From: Desulfobacterium sp.
GTDB lineage: Bacteria > Desulfobacterota > Desulfobacteria > Desulfobacterales > Desulfobacteraceae
Direction: 5' to 3'
NCBI GenBank assembly: GCA_045046665.1
Contig: JASFYZ010000238.1
Coordinates: 1 to 18,610, forward strand
Length of the DNA stretch: 18,610 nucleotides
Shown: positions 15,436-18,610 of the stretch, piece by piece
How positions within the stretch are numbered: position 1 is the stretch's first letter
Layout: each line of letters opens with the position of its first letter
Made by a program: the position numbers and the translations under genes
Notes under the pieces: generated by a model
What the model saw: only the letters and a program-made list of their open reading frames with translations
Told to the model about the DNA's origin: nothing
The model's database searches: none

Positions 15436-16497
15436 ATGAAAAGATCCCATTGGTCAGTTACAACACTGTTATTAACGATAAGTGTTATTGCCTTTTTAAT
15501 TGCAGGTCCGCAAATTCAAAATGTAGATGCCGGTGATAAAGTGTATCGGATGAAAATCCAATCCCTGTTTCCCCACGGTGATACCTCCATGGAGACATTG
15601 AAAGTATTTTCCGAATCCGCTGCAAAACGAAGCAACGGCCAATTGAAAATAAAGGTCTTTGCCGAGCCTGAAATCATGCCCGGAGATCAACTGTTTGGTG
15701 GCACCAGGCAGGGGGTTGTGGACATGCTCCATGGCATGGGCGGCATGTGGGGCGGTATGGTTCCCATAGGGTATGTTGAATTTAACCTGCCCATGGCTTT
15801 CCGCATTGATGAGGAGAGCACCTGGGAGGGCAAGGCCCAGGCAATACGTGATTTCTATTTTAAAAAAGGCTTTGTCGAACTTCTTCGAAAAGAGTATGCC
15901 AAAAAAGGGCTCTATTTTCTTGATATTCATACCTATGGTCCTGTGCCCTTTGTGCTCTCCACCAAACCCGCCACATCCTGTGCTGATTTTCAGGGATGGA
16001 AAATCAAGGCAGACGGTGGCAATATGGCCTACCACACCGCTGTTGGTATGCAGGCGACTGCAATATCTCCCACGGAAACCTATATGGGATTAAAATTGGG
16101 TACTGTGGATGCCGCTGAATGGGATGTAAGTGCCGTCACCGGTTTAAAATGGCATGAAGTAGCCCCTTACTGGATTCGCGGCATGGAGTGTGACCATACC
16201 ATAGGGCATATCCTCGTGAACTTAAAAAAATGGAATAAACTGCCGGATAACTTAAAAGAGGCACTTGGAGCAGCAGCTAAAGACTATTGGCACGCAACGG
16301 TGGATGCCTATAAAAAAGAGATGGAAGCGGTTAAAGGGCTTGTTAAAGAGGGAAAAGTCATCGAAAACGTTCTTGATGCCGACTGCCAGGAGCAGTACAG
16401 AAAGGCAGCTTACAAGATCTGGGATGAACTTGCCACCCAGGACGAAGCCTGTGCAGAGGCCATCAGAATGATCAAAAAATGGAGAGGCGTGAATTAA
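15436..16497 (+). CDS. TRAP transporter solute-binding protein, DctP family (353 aa, signal peptide)
   Basis: RBS AAGGAAA precedes ATG 15436. The N-terminal signal-like segment MKRSHWSVTTLLLTISVIAFLIAG ends at ..NVDA. Colinear by eye with H. influenzae SiaP: ADFQGWKIKA vs ADMKGLKLRV, and ETYMGLKLGTVDAAEWD vs EVYLALQTNAVDGQENP. Confidence 0.9.
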   Translation: MKRSHWSVTTLLLTISVIAFLIAGPQIQNVDAGDKVYRMKIQSLFPHGDTSMETLKVFSESAAKRSNGQLKIKVFAEPEIMPGDQLFGGTRQGVVDMLHGMGGMWGGMVPIGYVEFNLPMAFRIDEESTWEGKAQAIRDFYFKKGFVELLRKEYAKKGLYFLDIHTYGPVPFVLSTKPATSCADFQGWKIKADGGNMAYHTAVGMQATAISPTETYMGLKLGTVDAAEWDVSAVTGLKWHEVAPYWIRGMECDHTIGHILVNLKKWNKLPDNLKEALGAAAKDYWHATVDAYKKEMEAVKGLVKEGKVIENVLDADCQEQYRKAAYKIWDELATQDEACAEAIRMIKKWRGVN

Positions 16498-16615
16498 TGC
16501 CTGGGGAGTTGGCTATTTTCATTGGGGTACTGAGTAATTCAAGGCTCCTGTAACAATATAACAAGGCGGTGCAGCCCCAAGGGTGATTGCACCGCCATTT
16601 AATGGAAATGACCTA

Positions 16616-17089
16616 ATGAATACTTTTTCTGATGGCATCAAACGCCTCATTGAAACAGTTGGCAAGGTTGGCAGTTTTTTAATCCTCCTAATAATGGCCA
16701 TTATCACTTTTGAGGTAATTTCACGCTATGCCTTCAACGCCCCTACCTCGTGGGCATGGTTGATCAACAAGCAGCTGTTTGGAGTTTTTGCCCTGATTGC
16801 AGGAGGGTATACGTTGATTCATAAAAGCCATATCCGCATTGAAATGCTGTACGAGCACTACCCCCCTGTCATGAAGACCTTTGTTCGATGGCTCACCCTT
16901 ATCATCGCCCTTTTTTTTCTGGGCACGCTGCTGTGGAAAAGCAGTGTCATGGGAATCGATGCCTGGCAGATGAAAGAAAAGGCCATGGGAGTGTTTAAAT
17001 TGCCTCTCTATCCGCTCAAAATGTTCATGCCCATTGGCACCGCTCTGTTCATACTGGCTTGTATTGCAGTGTATGGCCCTAAGAAATAA
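16616..17089 (+). CDS. TRAP transporter small permease, DctQ family (157 aa; alternative GTG start at 16583)
   Basis: About 4 hydrophobic spans, and the size and position between the P and M components are typical of DctQ. The start codon is uncertain because the SD for ATG 16616 is weak. Confidence 0.8.
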   Translation: MNTFSDGIKRLIETVGKVGSFLILLIMAIITFEVISRYAFNAPTSWAWLINKQLFGVFALIAGGYTLIHKSHIRIEMLYEHYPPVMKTFVRWLTLIIALFFLGTLLWKSSVMGIDAWQMKEKAMGVFKLPLYPLKMFMPIGTALFILACIAVYGPKK

Positions 17090-17106
17090 ACGATGATGCT
17101 CATCGT
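17090..17106 (+). other. short hairpin immediately after the DctQ stop
   Basis: ACGATGA-tgc-TCATCGT forms a 7-bp stem with a 3-nt loop. No U-tract follows. Confidence 0.2.
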
Positions 17107-17308
17107 CAATCATTGGCCATGTAAATTTTAAAGAAACTTTCGGTATTCTTTGTTGTGGGCAGAGTGGCATAAAATCCGGTCCGCCCGTGGCGATTTATAA
17201 GAAAATGCAGCACCGGAGCGCCCACAGCAGAGCCCGGTGGTGGCAGAACACTATTTTCATCATTATGTTGTGTCCGCCAGGACATGACCGTTATAGGAAT
17301 TATTATCA

Positions 17309-18610
17309 ATGAGTATTGAACTGATTACCTTAGTTTTATTCGGCGGTCTGCTGTTGTTGCTTGCCCTTGGTATTCCCGTCACCTTTGCATTGGGTGGCAT
17401 CACCGTTCTGATGACCTATATAGTTGATGGGCCGGATGGGGTCTACACCGTTGCCACCACCACTTACCAGCAAATAACCAGTCCCACATTAATGACCATA
17501 CCGCTGTTTCTAATCATGGGCAATTTTCTGGTACAGTCCGGTATTTCAGAACGAATGTACAACGGCTTGAGTTACTGGTTGTCCGGTATTCGCGGAGGTC
17601 TTGCCATCGTCTCCATTGGTGTATGCGTCTCCCTTGCCATGTGTGGCGGCTTCGGCCCCGGCATTTTGACCATGGGGCTGGTGGCGGTCCCGGCCATGCT
17701 AAAACACAACTACAGTAAATCCATTGCATTGGGTTCCGTCATGGCCGGAGGCGTACTGGGTGAAATAATCCCCCCTGCTATCATCATGATTATTTTCGCC
17801 TTCATCGCCCGCATCTCCATTGGCAAACTCTTTTTTGGCGGTATGATACCTGGACTTATACTGGCACTGCTCTACGTTGCTTACATCGTTTTTGTCGGCA
17901 TTATCCGCCCAAATGATCTGCCTAAAATAACAATAGATGTCACTTGGGGCATGCGCTGGAAAGCCCTTGGTGAAATTTTCCTTCCATGCATGCTTGTGTT
18001 GCTGGTACTGGGCTCCATCTTTCTTGGCGTGACCACCCCCACGGAAGCTGCCGGGGTGGGGGCACTTGGAGCCATAGTCATCTGTGCCGTCCACCGCAGA
18101 CTGACTTTCCAGGTTATCACCGATTCCTGCTCCGAGACCCTTAAAATAACCGGTATGGTTCTGTGGATACTTATTCCAGCCACATTATTCGGCGTATTTT
18201 ATGGCAGTGCCGGAGCCCAAGATATGATCATGGAACTTATCCAGTCCCTGGAAGTCAACCGCTGGATTGTGCTCATCTGCATGCAATTTATACTGCTGAT
18301 TTTTGGCATGTTCATGGATGATTATGCGGTGGTAACCATCTGTGCTCCCATCATGATGCCCATTGCAAGGCTACTTGGCTTTGATCCCATATGGTTCTCC
18401 ATTTTGTTTATCTTAAACATGCAGGTGGCCTATTTAACGCCTCCCTTTGGATGGGCGCTGATAATGATGAAAGGGGTCGCCCCCATGGGTATTACCACAA
18501 GGGACATCTGGAAGGCAGTTCCTCCCTTTGTCATGATTCAGGTGGCGGTGCTCCTGCTGGTAATGATTTTTCCACAAATCGCTACTTGGCTTCCCAATGC
18601 AATATTCTAA
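17309..18610 (+). CDS. TRAP transporter large permease, DctM family (433 aa); its stop codon is the last triplet of the window
   Basis: Polytopic hydrophobic protein with a typical DctM N-terminus (LLLLLALGIPVTFALGG). It follows the P and Q genes. An in-frame TAG at 17294-17296 rules out an N-terminal extension. Confidence 0.9.
   Translation: MSIELITLVLFGGLLLLLALGIPVTFALGGITVLMTYIVDGPDGVYTVATTTYQQITSPTLMTIPLFLIMGNFLVQSGISERMYNGLSYWLSGIRGGLAIVSIGVCVSLAMCGGFGPGILTMGLVAVPAMLKHNYSKSIALGSVMAGGVLGEIIPPAIIMIIFAFIARISIGKLFFGGMIPGLILALLYVAYIVFVGIIRPNDLPKITIDVTWGMRWKALGEIFLPCMLVLLVLGSIFLGVTTPTEAAGVGALGAIVICAVHRRLTFQVITDSCSETLKITGMVLWILIPATLFGVFYGSAGAQDMIMELIQSLEVNRWIVLICMQFILLIFGMFMDDYAVVTICAPIMMPIARLLGFDPIWFSILFILNMQVAYLTPPFGWALIMMKGVAPMGITTRDIWKAVPPFVMIQVAVLLLVMIFPQIATWLPNAIF

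Noticed and set aside
15496-16035. 179-aa antisense ORF opposite the TRAP binding-protein gene
   Set aside because: It is a shadow ORF, whereas the sense frame aligns with SiaP/DctP.
17097-17312. Small + frame ORF in the Q-M gap ending in an ATGA overlap with dctM (35 aa from ATG 17205)
   Set aside because: The ATGA overlap looks like translational coupling. However, there is no SD before ATG 17205 or GTG 17187, and the peptide (MQHRSAHSRARWW...) is neither hydrophobic nor recognisable.
1-18610. Search for CRISPR arrays, tandem repeats, tRNA/rRNA genes, transposase/integrase genes or defence-system genes
   Set aside because: No spaced direct repeats, no cloverleaf-like or rRNA-like segments, and no recognisable mobile-element or defence protein motifs were seen. 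The window looks metabolic rather than mobile or defence-related.

Overview
The window holds 15 supportable CDS, 13 of them on the + strand. There are no rRNA or tRNA genes, CRISPR arrays, transposases or integrases. Gene content suggests an anaerobic aromatic/organic-acid catabolic island of the kind found in sulfate-reducing Desulfobacterota, but the organism cannot be confirmed from sequence alone. Left to right: a hypothetical protein, a Bcr/CflA-type MFS transporter, and a LysR regulator divergent across a 731-bp structured spacer. Module 1 follows: an EntE/DhbE-like aryl-CoA ligase, a UbiD-family (de)carboxylase, UbiX, a type-1 IPP isomerase and a YhbP/PNPOx-like flavin-binding protein. 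Next come an orphan 60-aa ORF on the minus strand and a PAS/sigma-54 enhancer-binding regulator. Module 2 follows: a class-III aminotransferase, a tungsten-type aldehyde:ferredoxin oxidoreductase, and a TRAP transporter (P, Q, M) whose last gene ends at the window edge. The most interesting observations are: (i) the ubiX-idi-PNPOx-like trio beside the UbiD enzyme, a possible dedicated prFMN supply/maturation module; (ii) the aryl-CoA ligase + UbiD pairing, which resembles ligase-dependent anaerobic phthalate-type degradation; (iii) an amine -> aldehyde -> acid module with a TRAP binding protein that seems to carry Lys in place of the canonical carboxylate-clamping Arg; and (iv) unusually long structured spacers with candidate sigma-54 promoters and terminator-like hairpins in the leaders. 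All functional calls rest on by-eye motif recognition and recalled family sequences. No database search was run.
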